A stretch of DNA of 64,000 nucleotides from Sedimentisphaerales bacterium. GTDB lineage: Bacteria; Planctomycetota; Phycisphaerae; Sedimentisphaerales; Anaerobacaceae. The position numbers and the translations under genes were made by a program. A model generated the notes under the pieces. The model ran no database searches, was not told where the DNA came from, and saw only the letters and a list, made by a program, of their open reading frames with translations. The DNA lies in the NCBI GenBank assembly GCA_963708075.1, contig OY970194.1:4640001-4704000 (forward strand), in the 5' to 3' direction. Positions 41,519-51,641 of this stretch are shown here, in pieces (within the stretch, counting starts at the first letter, position 1; the number at the start of each line of letters is the position of its first letter).

Positions 41519-42640
41519 TCAATCCGCTGTTCCCATCCGCTGCAGCCAGCGGTAGTGCGCGGCGATGCCGGCCGGGAATGACGTGTACTCCTTGTATGGA
41601 ATCCCGAAATCGCGGCATGTCTCTTCGACGATCTTGGACATGGACGGGTAATTGATATGGCAGACCGCAGGGAACAGGTGGTGTTCCTTGTGATAGTTCA
41701 GCCCGCCCAGAAGCCAGGTCAGGATCCGGTTGTGCCGGGCGAAATTCAGGGCGACCTGCGCCTGATGAACCATCCAGGGGTTCTCCATCCGCCCGGTGTC
41801 CGCCCTGGGCAGCGGGAAGCCGGCTTCTGCATTGAGATGGGGAACGATGAATACCAGGACCATCGCCACTCCCAACACCAAAGCAGCCACTACGTAGTAG
41901 AACAGGACGACCGGGACCGGATGCAGGAGCATCGGGATCACGAATGCCCAGGAGAGGAAGACGACCTTGCCCGCGAGGAGAAGGACCAGCTCCCAGCCTT
42001 TCGGACGGGGTATGCGGTGCCGGTTGATTCGGCCGAGGAGGACGAACCGCCAACTGTCGGCAAGCTGCATCTTCATTCCCAGGAATGCATAGAAAACCCA
42101 AAGATAGAGGTGCTGCCATCTGTGGTACCAGATGCGTCTTTGATGCGGCGTAAACCGGCCGAGCCCGGCAATATCGAGATCGGTATCATAGCCTGTGATA
42201 TTGACGTACTTGTGATGGATGACCGTGTGTTTCCATTGCCAGGTGTAGGAGCTGCCTCCCACCAGGTCCATTGTCATCGCCATCACTCGATTGACCCAGC
42301 CTCGATCGGAGTAGGCGCGGTGCCCTGCATCATGCTGGATGTTGATGCCGATGGCTGCCGTGGCGAACCCCAGTGAAACGGCCAGCGGCAGGCCCTGCCA
42401 CGGGGTCTGGGCCGCAAAGACCAGCAGAACGTACGAAGCTGCAAACCACGTGAGAACGATCGCCGTCTTGACGTACATCTGCCGGCCGCCGCGTTTGCGA
42501 CGCCCGGTGCTGCGAAAGAAATCATCCACACGCCGCCGCAGCTCTTTCTCAAACGCAGTATCCTGACCGAATTCCAGCTTGAGCACGCCGGAACGAATCC
42601 GCTCCGCAGACTCGTTGTGCCTATCCTCTTTCTGTGTCAT
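41519..42640 (-). CDS. Membrane fatty acid (acyl-CoA) desaturase
   Basis: His boxes HDAGH, HTVIHH, GGLNYHKEHHLFP. Confidence 0.9.
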   Translation of the reverse strand: MTQKEDRHNESAERIRSGVLKLEFGQDTAFEKELRRRVDDFFRSTGRRKRGGRQMYVKTAIVLTWFAASYVLLVFAAQTPWQGLPLAVSLGFATAAIGINIQHDAGHRAYSDRGWVNRVMAMTMDLVGGSSYTWQWKHTVIHHKYVNITGYDTDLDIAGLGRFTPHQRRIWYHRWQHLYLWVFYAFLGMKMQLADSWRFVLLGRINRHRIPRPKGWELVLLLAGKVVFLSWAFVIPMLLHPVPVVLFYYVVAALVLGVAMVLVFIVPHLNAEAGFPLPRADTGRMENPWMVHQAQVALNFARHNRILTWLLGGLNYHKEHHLFPAVCHINYPSMSKIVEETCRDFGIPYKEYTSFPAGIAAHYRWLQRMGTAD

Positions 42641-42951
42641 GCCAAATTCCCTCGACCGTATCTGGCATCGAAGATTCTTGCTCGTGCTCCCCCATGGAGC
42701 CGGGCCACGCCCTTCGGCCCTTCCTGTATATTCTACAGACGGCCTGCCCGTTCTATCAAGCCCTCCACCTCCAGGCGACGGAAGGAGATTTTTGGTCTTT
42801 TCTGCCACTCGGTGTGGCAAAAGCCCATGCGGAGCGTATATTACTATATAGGTTAATAAGGAGTAGACTTTCCTCCCTCGAAGGATACCCCCTGTAAACA
42901 GTACCAGAGGGAGCTTGTACACGACCCGTTGGGGGCCAAGGAGTAACATAC

Positions 42952-43155
42952 ATGGAACGAGGAACAGTGAAGTGGTTTAACGAGCAGAAAGGGTTTGGAT
43001 TCATTACGCCGGCCGATGGCGGCGAGGATTTGTTTATCCATCATTCGAACATTGCCGGCGGTGAATCCAAGTCGTTGCGGGAAGGACAGACGGTGGAGTA
43101 CGTCCGCGGTCAGGGTCGTAAAGGCCCCGAGGCCACGAACGTGAAACCTTCCTAA
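42952..43155 (+). CDS. Cold-shock protein
   Basis: [22 protein letters not shown]. Confidence 0.95.
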   Translation: MERGTVKWFNEQKGFGFITPADGGEDLFIHHSNIAGGESKSLREGQTVEYVRGQGRKGPEATNVKPS

Positions 43156-43209
43156 GCATCCACACAATCCCAGCACGATCAGCAATGATCCGTGCTTGAG
43201 GCAAATTAC

Positions 43210-43240
43210 GGCCTTGCGGCAGACGCAGGGCCTTTTTTTT
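43210..43240 (+). terminator. Rho-independent terminator
   Basis: GGCCTTGCG-loop-CGCAGGGCC + T8. Confidence 0.85.
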
Positions 43241-43360
43241 GCGCCGGAAGAGGGCGACGGGGGCGATACTTGGGACGGCTTACCCAGCCCACCCTGCCAC
43301 GCCACCGAGATCCTTGTAATGACAGGAACAGGCCGTTGTGCAAAACAGTGCCAATTTTTG

Positions 43361-43388
43361 TTGACGATGGGCACCGTCGGCCTATGAT
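43361..43388 (+). promoter_or_regulatory. Sigma70-type promoter for metK
   Basis: TTGACG-16 nt-TATGAT. Confidence 0.55.
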
Positions 43389-43401
43389 AGGGGGCACTTT
43401 T

Positions 43402-43521
43402 CGCTTATGCGAAAGGACGGAGGCCCGCCCCCGACGACGCCAAGGCAACAGAGGCTGGAGACGGGCCATTGGACGTAATGGGCATGAAGACTTCAGGAAC
43501 TCTCTGGAAGGACCATAGGTG
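43402..43521 (+). promoter_or_regulatory. Candidate SAM-I-like riboswitch variant
   Basis: CTTAT, GGAGG..CCCGACGA, GGCAAC; P1-like pairing CGCTTATG/CATAGGTG; directly upstream of metK. Confidence 0.35.
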
Positions 43522-44736
43522 ATGGTACAGAAATCGCGCTCTTCGAATCCAAATTGTGATATGTCAACGCACTTGTTCACCAGCGAATCGGTAACGATGG
43601 GCCACCCGGACAAGGTGGCGGACCGGATCTCGGATTCGGTTCTCGATGCGATGCTCGCGCAGGACCCGCTCAGCCGGGTTGCGTGTGAGACGCTGGTGAA
43701 GTGCGATATGGCTGTCGTTGCCGGCGAGATCACCACCAAAGCTGTGGTGGACATTCCGGAGGTTGTGCGAAACACCATCAAAGCGATCGGCTACGACAAC
43801 GCGGAGTTGGGCTTCAGCTACGACAACTGTGCCGTGCTCGTGTCGGTAAGCAAGCAGAGCCCGGATATCTCGCAGGGCGTCACCGAGGGCCAGGGTCTGC
43901 ACAAGGAGATGGGCGCAGGCGACCAGGGCCTGATGTTCGGCTACGCGTGCCGGGAGACGCCGGAGCTGATGCCGATGCCGATTCAGTTGGCCCATATGTT
44001 GACGCTCCGGCTGGAGAAGCTGCGTCAAACGAGGAAGCTGCCGTGGCTGCGGCCGGACGGCAAGAGCCAGGTGACCGTCGAATATGACAAGAACAGCAAA
44101 CCGAAACGGATTCATACCGTGCTCGTCTCCACGCAGCACGCGCCGGATATCAAGTATCGCGATCTGCGCAAGGCAGTCATCGAGCAGGTCGTACTGCCGG
44201 TGATGCCGAAGCGATTTATGGACAAGGACACGAAGTTCCACGTCAACCCGACGGGCCGGTTCGAGTTGGGCGGTCCGAAGGCGGACTGCGGCCTCACTGG
44301 ACGCAAGATCATCGTCGATACCTACGGCGGACGCGGACGCCACGGCGGCGGCTGCTTCAGCGGCAAGGACCCAAGCAAGGTCGATCGCACGGCCAGCTAC
44401 ATGTGCCGGTACATCGCCAAGAACGTCGTGGCGGCGGGCCTGGCCGATTGCTGTGAGGTCCAGGTCTCCTACGCCATCGGCGTCGCCCAGCCGATCTCCG
44501 TGTTCGTGGACACCGAGGGGACGGCCCGGATCAGCGAGTCCAAGATCAGTCAGATTGCCTGCGACCTGTTCCCGCTGACGCCCAAAGGGATGATCAAGCA
44601 CTTGGATCTTCGACGGCCGATCTTCGCCGAGACCTCTCATGGTGGCCATTTCGGCCGGGAACTGCCCGACTTCACCTGGGAGAAGACCGACATGGTCGAG
44701 CGACTCCAGAAAGCCGCGGGCCTCAAGTCCCGCTGA
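43522..44736 (+). CDS. metK: S-adenosylmethionine synthetase
   Basis: [43 protein letters not shown]; alternative start 43561. Confidence 0.97.
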   Translation: MVQKSRSSNPNCDMSTHLFTSESVTMGHPDKVADRISDSVLDAMLAQDPLSRVACETLVKCDMAVVAGEITTKAVVDIPEVVRNTIKAIGYDNAELGFSYDNCAVLVSVSKQSPDISQGVTEGQGLHKEMGAGDQGLMFGYACRETPELMPMPIQLAHMLTLRLEKLRQTRKLPWLRPDGKSQVTVEYDKNSKPKRIHTVLVSTQHAPDIKYRDLRKAVIEQVVLPVMPKRFMDKDTKFHVNPTGRFELGGPKADCGLTGRKIIVDTYGGRGRHGGGCFSGKDPSKVDRTASYMCRYIAKNVVAAGLADCCEVQVSYAIGVAQPISVFVDTEGTARISESKISQIACDLFPLTPKGMIKHLDLRRPIFAETSHGGHFGRELPDFTWEKTDMVERLQKAAGLKSR

Positions 44737-44769
44737 GAATAGCGTTTTTTCACACGGTTCATCTTATCG

Positions 44770-44797
44770 AAAAGCCCGGTCGATCGCCGGGCTTTTT
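44770..44797 (+). terminator. Rho-independent terminator
   Basis: AAAAGCCCGG-loop-CCGGGCTTTTT. Confidence 0.8.
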
Positions 44798-45118
44798 CAT
44801 TTGGGCGCCGGGGCCGGTGGACGTTGTGGACGGAGTGGACGCCAGGGCTATCGCATCTAAATTGTTCGACGCTGACTATTGGCGCGGAAACGCGGAAAGC
44901 TCGGATCACGGATCGGCCGGGCCACCGAACTTGTGAGCGTCCGATAGGCGTTTTCGCGGGCAAGAAGCCCGATTCCAATTTAGATGCGTAAGCCCTGGAG
45001 TGGACGCAAGCGGACGTGCGAAGCTGCCAATGAGTCCACGGAGTCCACCTCGTCCACAACGCCCACTCCGTCCACTGGGGCATTTTTCTGTAATTCCTGC
45101 GCCCGGTCCAAGTCTAAT

Positions 45119-45691
45119 ATGGCAGCCATGGCGAAGATAACCGAGGAGCAGACCCTGGTGGAGCGGTTTCGCCGGGGAGATGATTCTGCGTTCGACAGGA
45201 TCGTGGAGCGGCATTCGGCCGAGATTGCGGCCCTGGCGAATCGTCTGCTCGGCTGGCCGGGGGACGTGGACGACATCGTCCAGGATGTCTTTGTCGCGGC
45301 GTTCGTGCACTTGAAGAAGTTTCGCGGCGAGTGCCGGCTGCGAACGTGGCTGTACACGATCACGGTAAACAAGTGCCGCAGCCACCGGCTTCGCCTGCGG
45401 GGACGGCTGCGGGCCAGGCAACTCAGTGACCTTGAGGCCACCGCTGGTCAGGATCACGGGGCCGAGCGGCCCGCGATGAATGAGGAGATGTTCGACAGGG
45501 TCCGTCGGGCCGTGCAGGCCCTGCCGCGAAAGTATCGAGAGGTGGTCGTCCTTCGATATCTGCAGGGCCTTGAGCCGGGTGAAATCGGCGAGCTTCTCGG
45601 CGTGAAAGTCAACGCCGTGCAGGTCCGGCTGAACCGGGCCCGTACCCGACTGAAGGAACTCATGGGCAATCTGCTCGAGGAGAAATCGTGA
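45119..45691 (+). CDS. ECF sigma-70 factor
   Basis: DDIVQDVF, RTWLYTITVN, LPRKYREVVVLRY, EIGELLG, RLNRAR. Confidence 0.92.
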   Translation: MAAMAKITEEQTLVERFRRGDDSAFDRIVERHSAEIAALANRLLGWPGDVDDIVQDVFVAAFVHLKKFRGECRLRTWLYTITVNKCRSHRLRLRGRLRARQLSDLEATAGQDHGAERPAMNEEMFDRVRRAVQALPRKYREVVVLRYLQGLEPGEIGELLGVKVNAVQVRLNRARTRLKELMGNLLEEKS

Positions 45692-46296
45692 GCGAAGAAC
45701 AAATCAAAACGCTGCTGCAGAGGGCGGACGAAGCCGCAGGCCGGCCTGTATTCGGTCCCGTGAGCACCGACAGGGTCCGGCGACAGGTCCATCGAAGACG
45801 AATCATGATAGCCGCCGGGCCACTGACGGCCGCGGCCGTCATTCTCGTTGGAATGAGCATACTGGTGACCCGCACGCCGCCCGAATCACCCCGGCCTCAG
45901 GAGCAGAGAATTGCCTCGCTGGAGACCCAGATCGAACAGTTGCGGGCACAAACTGACGCCACGCTGAGACTGATGCAGGAGGTGCTTGCGGAGGATCGGC
46001 AGGAGCGTCACCTTGCGGCCCTGGAAGCGGAGCTGGCGAGCATCCCCGATCCAAAGGTGGAAATCGAGCGACAGGTGGACAAGACCGCCTTCATCCTTGT
46101 CTACCAGGCGGACAGGCTGTACAAGGAGCTGAACCGGACGGAATCGGCCGTCGAGGCGTACAAAGAGGTCATTCAACTCTTCCCAAAGAACCGCTGGGCC
46201 GACGTCGCGAGGGAGCGATTGTCCCAGATCGAACACCGGCAGATCAACAAGTCAGACACAAAAGGAGAGCCAACATGCGAACCCGGAACTGTGTAA
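45688..46296 (+). CDS. Putative anti-sigma factor (TM + coiled coil + TPR)
   Basis: GTGA overlap with the sigma gene, single TM, YKEVIQLFP..WA. Confidence 0.6.
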   Translation: MSEEQIKTLLQRADEAAGRPVFGPVSTDRVRRQVHRRRIMIAAGPLTAAAVILVGMSILVTRTPPESPRPQEQRIASLETQIEQLRAQTDATLRLMQEVLAEDRQERHLAALEAELASIPDPKVEIERQVDKTAFILVYQADRLYKELNRTESAVEAYKEVIQLFPKNRWADVARERLSQIEHRQINKSDTKGEPTCEPGTV

Positions 46297-48008
46297 TCAT
46301 TCTTCTGATCGTGGCCCTGACTGGCTCTGCGGCGATGGTCATGCAGGCAGCACAGGACAACTCGTCGAAACGCGAGCAGACGACCCAACGCAAGCCGCCT
46401 GAAACGCGATTCGCAAGCTGCATTGTGAGGATCACAATCGATCCCGTCATTGTCCCGCTGGACCCGGCGACGATTCAAGGCCTGCTCTACAGTTCCGGCG
46501 TGGCGGGAGCGGCGATTCGGGAGACGCTCCAGCACGATTCGATAGACAATCCCTGGGAAGAACTCATCGAGATGGAATGGCTGAACGAGTCGTCTCCTCG
46601 GCCCTCTCCCACGGTCGGGTCTGTTGAGGAGACCCCTTCGTATGACAAGGAGATGTTGCGAAATCTTGAGGAAGTCTACGGCAAGGAATACATGAAACAA
46701 ATGGGCATGATAGACTCAAAGACCTCGGACGAGCAAAATCAGCCCGCTGGTGGCTCCGTCGAAGGCATTGGCCGCAATCGCACACGAGTCAGAGGGAATC
46801 CCCCGGCTTACATGTCACCGGCACGGTCTGCCCCGGGTGGCACGTCGAGCGCGACGATCAAATTGTCCGTTCATCTGCCGGAAGATCTGCCGCCGGTGGC
46901 GGACGAGTTTCTCAGAGCGGTGATCAGTAACCTCCGGAGCAGCTTGCGCCACGCGTATGAAGTCTATATCAGCGATCTTGACGACCAGCTTTCACAGGCC
47001 CGGCAGCAGTACAACTACCAAATAGATTTGGAGGCGAGCGAAGGGGGGACGGATGCCGCGGCAAGGATCACGGAGCAACTCGACAAAGTCGTGGACCTCT
47101 CCGTCTTGACTCCCGAGATGCCCCTTTCCGAGGCCGTCGAGGTCCTGAAGAGATCTGTGGAACCGCCGCTGAACATCGTGGTCCTGTGGAACGATCTGAT
47201 GGACTCCCTGTCCGTCGAGCCATCGACGCCGATCAGTATCAACGGAATGGCAAGCATCAAACTGGGGACAGCCCTGGATCTGCTGGTGAGAGGGATTCGT
47301 TCGAGCGGCGCCAAGGCGATGTGGAGAATCAAGGGTGATGCCATTGTCATCGCGACGGCGGCTGGGCTCGGCGAATCCGGCGAGCCGGTCGGACAGCTGA
47401 GGGCCGAGGTCGATACCCGGGCCCTGGCCACTCAAAGGAACGGCTTGGCGAGCAAGCTGCAGGACCTGGAGCTGAGTCTGGCCGGCCAGGAAGCGCGACG
47501 CAGAGCCATTGCGGAGCAGATCGCCCGCACCCAGGACGAAGCACACGCGAGGCTGGCCCAGGACGAAGTGACGAAGGAACTGGAGAACCTTGTCCAACTC
47601 AGTGCGGAGAGTCTCTCGAACCTCCGTAAGCAGGTGGACGCGGGTCTCGTATCCACGGCCGAGCTGGCCCAAGCCACCGAGAGCCTGACCCGGGCGAGAA
47701 TCGAACTGGCCAAGCGGCGGGAGGAATTGAGCAAGCAAATCGGAGGTGGGCAACTGGACCAGCTCAACGCCGAGATGAGCCGCATGGCGATCGACGGGGC
47801 GGAAAAAGAGGCCCAGCGGGAAATCCTTGCAAAGAACCTTGCGCAAGTGCAGCAACAGTTGGCGCAGGCCTCTGCGTTCGACCCTGAGGCAGCACGAATG
47901 CGCGTCGTGCGAGAGGGACTCGACATCATGGCGCGCCGGATCGCCGAGCTACAGACGCGCATGGCGAATCTCCAGCCGCCCATGGTGACGGTGATCGGGG
48001 CAAACTGA
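46275..48008 (+). CDS. Exported coiled-coil protein with STN-like domain
   Basis: Signal peptide; MPLSEAVEVLK..LNIVVLW..LGTALDLL; long heptads. Confidence 0.6.
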   Translation: MRTRNCVIILLIVALTGSAAMVMQAAQDNSSKREQTTQRKPPETRFASCIVRITIDPVIVPLDPATIQGLLYSSGVAGAAIRETLQHDSIDNPWEELIEMEWLNESSPRPSPTVGSVEETPSYDKEMLRNLEEVYGKEYMKQMGMIDSKTSDEQNQPAGGSVEGIGRNRTRVRGNPPAYMSPARSAPGGTSSATIKLSVHLPEDLPPVADEFLRAVISNLRSSLRHAYEVYISDLDDQLSQARQQYNYQIDLEASEGGTDAAARITEQLDKVVDLSVLTPEMPLSEAVEVLKRSVEPPLNIVVLWNDLMDSLSVEPSTPISINGMASIKLGTALDLLVRGIRSSGAKAMWRIKGDAIVIATAAGLGESGEPVGQLRAEVDTRALATQRNGLASKLQDLELSLAGQEARRRAIAEQIARTQDEAHARLAQDEVTKELENLVQLSAESLSNLRKQVDAGLVSTAELAQATESLTRARIELAKRREELSKQIGGGQLDQLNAEMSRMAIDGAEKEAQREILAKNLAQVQQQLAQASAFDPEAARMRVVREGLDIMARRIAELQTRMANLQPPMVTVIGAN

Positions 48009-48024
48009 TCCACATCGTGGAGTC

Positions 48025-48045
48025 GGTGTGCGATGCACACCCTAC
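48025..48045 (-). repeat. GTAG-type REP overlapping a stop codon
   Basis: GTAGGGTGTGCATCGCACACC on the minus strand. Confidence 0.7.
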
Positions 48046-48734
48046 CGGGCGAGGCGTGCCTGGACGTTGTCGGATGTCAGCTCCCGCAGGGCATCCGAAG
48101 CGATCCACCGGGCAGCTTTGGAGTCGATCCGCCGGATGTCCTCCGCTGTTCGAACTGCCAGCGTGTTCAAACGGACGTTGCGTTTGCCGATCTGGCGCAG
48201 GGCCCAGTTCACGGCCTTTTTGACGAAGTTGCGATCATCGGCCGCGTGCTTCACGATGAGGGGAAGGAACTCCTCGAATCGCTCATCCGGTGCCTTCTTG
48301 TCGTGGATGGCCAGTGCCGCCATCAGGACGAAGCCGGCTCTCTTGACATACTCCGACTCTCGCGCGGTCCACTCCACAGCCTTGTCCCAGGCATAAGGTG
48401 TCTTATCGAAGAGACAGCAGCAGGCGGCGTCGCAGACGGCCCACGAGTTGAAATCCCGGGCCCACCGTTCCATCTGTCTCGGCGTGACTTTCACAGGGTC
48501 GTCAATGAGGGCGGCGAGGATACGCGCATCGTGGATGCCCGTCCGCCAAAGCTGTACAGCAAGCGAGTGATCCGTCCTGATCTCTTTGGCGAGCCGTCGA
48601 AGGTCCGGCGCACGAACTCCCCATACGTCCGGAGCGTCGATGCCGAACCGGGCCGCTCCTGCCGCCGCCTTCGGATCGCTAAGCAATCTGAGCTTGTCGA
48701 GGACTTCATCGCACATGTCGTTCGCCCGCGCCAT
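48042..48734 (-). CDS. DNA alkylation repair protein (AlkD-like)
   Basis: GVRAPDLR, FNSWAVCD, DDRNFVKKAVNWALRQIGKRN. Confidence 0.88.
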   Translation of the reverse strand: MARANDMCDEVLDKLRLLSDPKAAAGAARFGIDAPDVWGVRAPDLRRLAKEIRTDHSLAVQLWRTGIHDARILAALIDDPVKVTPRQMERWARDFNSWAVCDAACCCLFDKTPYAWDKAVEWTARESEYVKRAGFVLMAALAIHDKKAPDERFEEFLPLIVKHAADDRNFVKKAVNWALRQIGKRNVRLNTLAVRTAEDIRRIDSKAARWIASDALRELTSDNVQARLAR

Positions 48735-48740
48735 CGTGCT

Positions 48741-49712
48741 TCACTGTTTGAGGTTGCCGCGCCGCCAGGCATTAGCCAAGTCCACGTACTGCGCGGGGGT
48801 CAGGTCACCCGGACGCAGGGTCGGATCGATGGCCAGGCGCTCCAGGATGCCCATCCATAGGTCGGGGTCACCCAGATGCGACGGAACGCTCTTGAGGCAG
48901 GCCCGGAGCATCTTGCGCCGGTGTCCCATAAACAGGGCCACAACATCGCTGAGGATCGCCATATCCTCAATCTGCCGGGACTTAGGTTCGTCACGGACGA
49001 AGCGGACCAGCGCCGAATCCACCCCCGGCGGCGGCCAGAACACGCTGGGTTTGAGGACCCGCAGGATCTCCACGTCGCCCGTGGCCTGCAAGAAGATGCT
49101 TAGCGTGCCATAGTCCCGGCTGCCCGACCGGGCCGTCATCCGCTCGGCCACCTCCTTCTGCACCGTGACAAACATCGCATCGGCCACGACCGGTCCCTTG
49201 GCCAGATGGATCATCACAGGCGACGCCACGTCATAAGGCAAATTCGAGACCAGCAGCAGCCGCCCGGGCTCTCCCGGAGAGCCCGTCTCGGGGAGCCCCT
49301 CAAGGGCTCCCCGTATAGGTCCTATCGGTCCAATACGTCCTATACTCTTGACCCGGTCCCGCGCGAGTTCCAGTGCCTCGACCACCGTCGGATTGAGCGC
49401 CCCCTTGCCCGACAGAACGTCCTCATTGACGATCTGCACGTTTTCCCGCCCGGCAAGCTGCGACTGGGCGATCGGGGCAAGCGTCCGGTCGATCTCGACG
49501 GCCACGACCGCCCCGACCTGCTCCGCCAGGGCTTGCGTCAGCGAGCCCGTCCCGCAGCCGACCTCCAGGACCACATCCGCCGGGGTGAGCTGGGCCGCGT
49601 CCACGAGTAGCCGCATCAGGTTCAGATCGACGAGGAAGTGCTGACCGAGCCGGCGGTTGGGTGATACGCCCGCCGAGGATAGCAATTCCTGGATTTGGTG
49701 CTTGGTTTGCAT
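48741..49712 (-). CDS. rsmA: 16S rRNA dimethyltransferase
   Basis: LGQHFL, VLEVGCGTG, SNLPY, VQKEVAER, FWPPPGVDS. Confidence 0.95.
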   Translation of the reverse strand: MQTKHQIQELLSSAGVSPNRRLGQHFLVDLNLMRLLVDAAQLTPADVVLEVGCGTGSLTQALAEQVGAVVAVEIDRTLAPIAQSQLAGRENVQIVNEDVLSGKGALNPTVVEALELARDRVKSIGRIGPIGPIRGALEGLPETGSPGEPGRLLLVSNLPYDVASPVMIHLAKGPVVADAMFVTVQKEVAERMTARSGSRDYGTLSIFLQATGDVEILRVLKPSVFWPPPGVDSALVRFVRDEPKSRQIEDMAILSDVVALFMGHRRKMLRACLKSVPSHLGDPDLWMGILERLAIDPTLRPGDLTPAQYVDLANAWRRGNLKQ

Positions 49713-49772
49713 GGTTGTCGCCAGAATGGCATTCGCTTTATGGACGTAGTGGACCTATCGGACTCATAGGAC

Positions 49773-50906
49773 CTATCCTTCAGAGCCTGCGCTTGGCTCA
49801 GGAGTGTCGGGGGTCTGGGCGGCGGTTTCTGCCGGTGCCGCCTTGCCGTTGCCGTTGGCGGTTACGCCGGCGGGCTGAAGGGTCCGCTTGGTCTTGGCCA
49901 TCTGGATTGCCAGCATGATGGCCGACTTCATGCTCGATGGGTTGGCCAGGTTTCGGCCGGCGATGTCGAACGCCGTACCGTGCGCCGGCGAGGTCCGGAT
50001 GATGGGCAGGCCGATTGTCACATTGACCGCGTGCTCGAAGTCCAGCAGCTTGATCGGGATCATGCCCTGATCGTGGTACATGGCGACGACTGCATCGAAC
50101 TCCCCGTGGATGGCTCGCAGAAACAGCGTGTCGGCGGGGATTGGGCCGACGCAGTTGATCCCCTGCTCCTGGGCCAGCAGGATCGCCGGGCTGATGATTC
50201 GCTGCTCCTCGTCGCCGAACTGGCCGTCCTCGCCTGCGTGCGGATTCAACGCCGCCACGCCGATCCGCGGGTTCTCCACGCCGAAGTAGTCCTTCAATGC
50301 GTCATTGAGCAGGTCGATCGGCTCGAACACGCAGCCGATGGTGAACTTGTTGCGAATGTCGGACAGCGCGATGTGAATCGTCGCCAAGGCTACCTTCAAA
50401 GGCCCGCTGACGAACATCATCGCCTTACGCGGGGCCTTGCACTTCTGGGCGAGCATCTCGGTGTGCCCGGGCCAGGGGGAATCGGCCAGCTTCCAGCTTG
50501 TCTTGCTGATGGGGGCGGTGACGATGGCATCGACGATCCCGTCCCTGGCTGCCGCGATGGCATCGACGCAGAACTTGAGCGAGGCCTCCCCCGCTACCCG
50601 ACTGGGGCCCTTGACATATGGCGGTACGCTGTACTCGTCATAGTCCGCGACGACCACCTTGTAGGGATACTCCCGGCTGATCTTCTCATGCTGGTGCCGG
50701 CCCCAGAACGGGTCGATCTCCGCCCGGTCGGCCGCATAGCAGAGCTGCTCATTCATCCCGAAAACGATGAACTTGGCAGCCCGGCGGACCTCCGGATCGG
50801 CCAGTGCCTTGACGACCACCTCCGGCCCGATGCCTGCGGCATCTCCCATGGTCACCCCGATGACCATCTGCTCCGATATCGAATTGTGGCCGTTGCCCTT
50901 GTTCAT
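49773..50906 (-). CDS. pdxA: 4-hydroxythreonine-4-phosphate dehydrogenase
   Basis: TMGDAAGIGPE, GHTE, LNPHAGE, AMYHDQG, RTSPAHGTAFDIAG. Confidence 0.95.
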   Translation of the reverse strand: MNKGNGHNSISEQMVIGVTMGDAAGIGPEVVVKALADPEVRRAAKFIVFGMNEQLCYAADRAEIDPFWGRHQHEKISREYPYKVVVADYDEYSVPPYVKGPSRVAGEASLKFCVDAIAAARDGIVDAIVTAPISKTSWKLADSPWPGHTEMLAQKCKAPRKAMMFVSGPLKVALATIHIALSDIRNKFTIGCVFEPIDLLNDALKDYFGVENPRIGVAALNPHAGEDGQFGDEEQRIISPAILLAQEQGINCVGPIPADTLFLRAIHGEFDAVVAMYHDQGMIPIKLLDFEHAVNVTIGLPIIRTSPAHGTAFDIAGRNLANPSSMKSAIMLAIQMAKTKRTLQPAGVTANGNGKAAPAETAAQTPDTPEPSAGSEG

Positions 50907-50991
50907 TTACGAATTACCATTTACGATTTACGATTTACGATTCAGGAGCGGCGAGAGCCAAATCGCAAATCATAATTCGTAAATCGTAAAT
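50905..50991. repeat. Inverted pair of heptamer (TTTACGA)n tracts
   Basis: TTTACGA-like x5, 18-nt loop, AATCGTA-like x4. Confidence 0.8.
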
Positions 50992-50993
50992 CC

Positions 50994-51641
50994 TCAAAAG
51001 CCCATCTGTCGCAATCGGTCCACCGTCAGCGGCTGCTGTTGAGGCAGGATCGCTTCAAGCTGCCGGCGGACGATCTTGACCAGGATATCGATCTCGATAT
51101 TGACGCGAGTGCCTGTACGTGCACTGCCAAGCGTCGTCTTGGCCAGGGTCTCAGGAATCGCCGCAACACGGAAGCTCCGCGGACCGAGCCCAGCGACCGT
51201 CAAACTCACTCCATCCACCGCCACGGAGCCCTTGGGCACCATCTGCTCCAGCAGCTCCGGCCCCGCGGCAAACTCTATATCGGCAAACTCACCGAGCCGT
51301 TTCACTGCCTGCACCGAGCCGATTCCATCGACGTGGCCCTGCACGATGTGCCCACCGAAGCGGTCCGTCGCCTTCATTGCCCGCTCGACGTTCACTTTCG
51401 CGGGAGCGCGAAGGGCGGCCAGGATCGACTTCTCCATCGTCTCTGAGCTCAGGCCGAACGTCGCCATCGTGCCGTCCAGCCGGACTACCGTCAGGCAGAC
51501 TCCGCTGATCGCGATACTGTCGCCCAGCCGGCACCCCTCGGCCAGAGAGCCCAGGTCCACGGTCATGGACCCGCCGCCCGAAGCCCCGGTCGCGGAGACG
51601 GACTTGACCTCACAAACGCTTTCTATAAGTCCTGTAAACAT
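50994..51641 (-). CDS. ribE: Riboflavin synthase (alpha chain)
   Basis: MFTGLIE, GDSIAISGVCLTV, GGHIVQGHVDG, KGSVAVDGVSLTV. Confidence 0.95.
   Translation of the reverse strand: MFTGLIESVCEVKSVSATGASGGGSMTVDLGSLAEGCRLGDSIAISGVCLTVVRLDGTMATFGLSSETMEKSILAALRAPAKVNVERAMKATDRFGGHIVQGHVDGIGSVQAVKRLGEFADIEFAAGPELLEQMVPKGSVAVDGVSLTVAGLGPRSFRVAAIPETLAKTTLGSARTGTRVNIEIDILVKIVRRQLEAILPQQQPLTVDRLRQMGF

Noticed and set aside
42641..42949. Extended N-terminus of the desaturase ORF
   Set aside because: Covers the divergent promoter region; GAGGGA RBS supports the start at 42640
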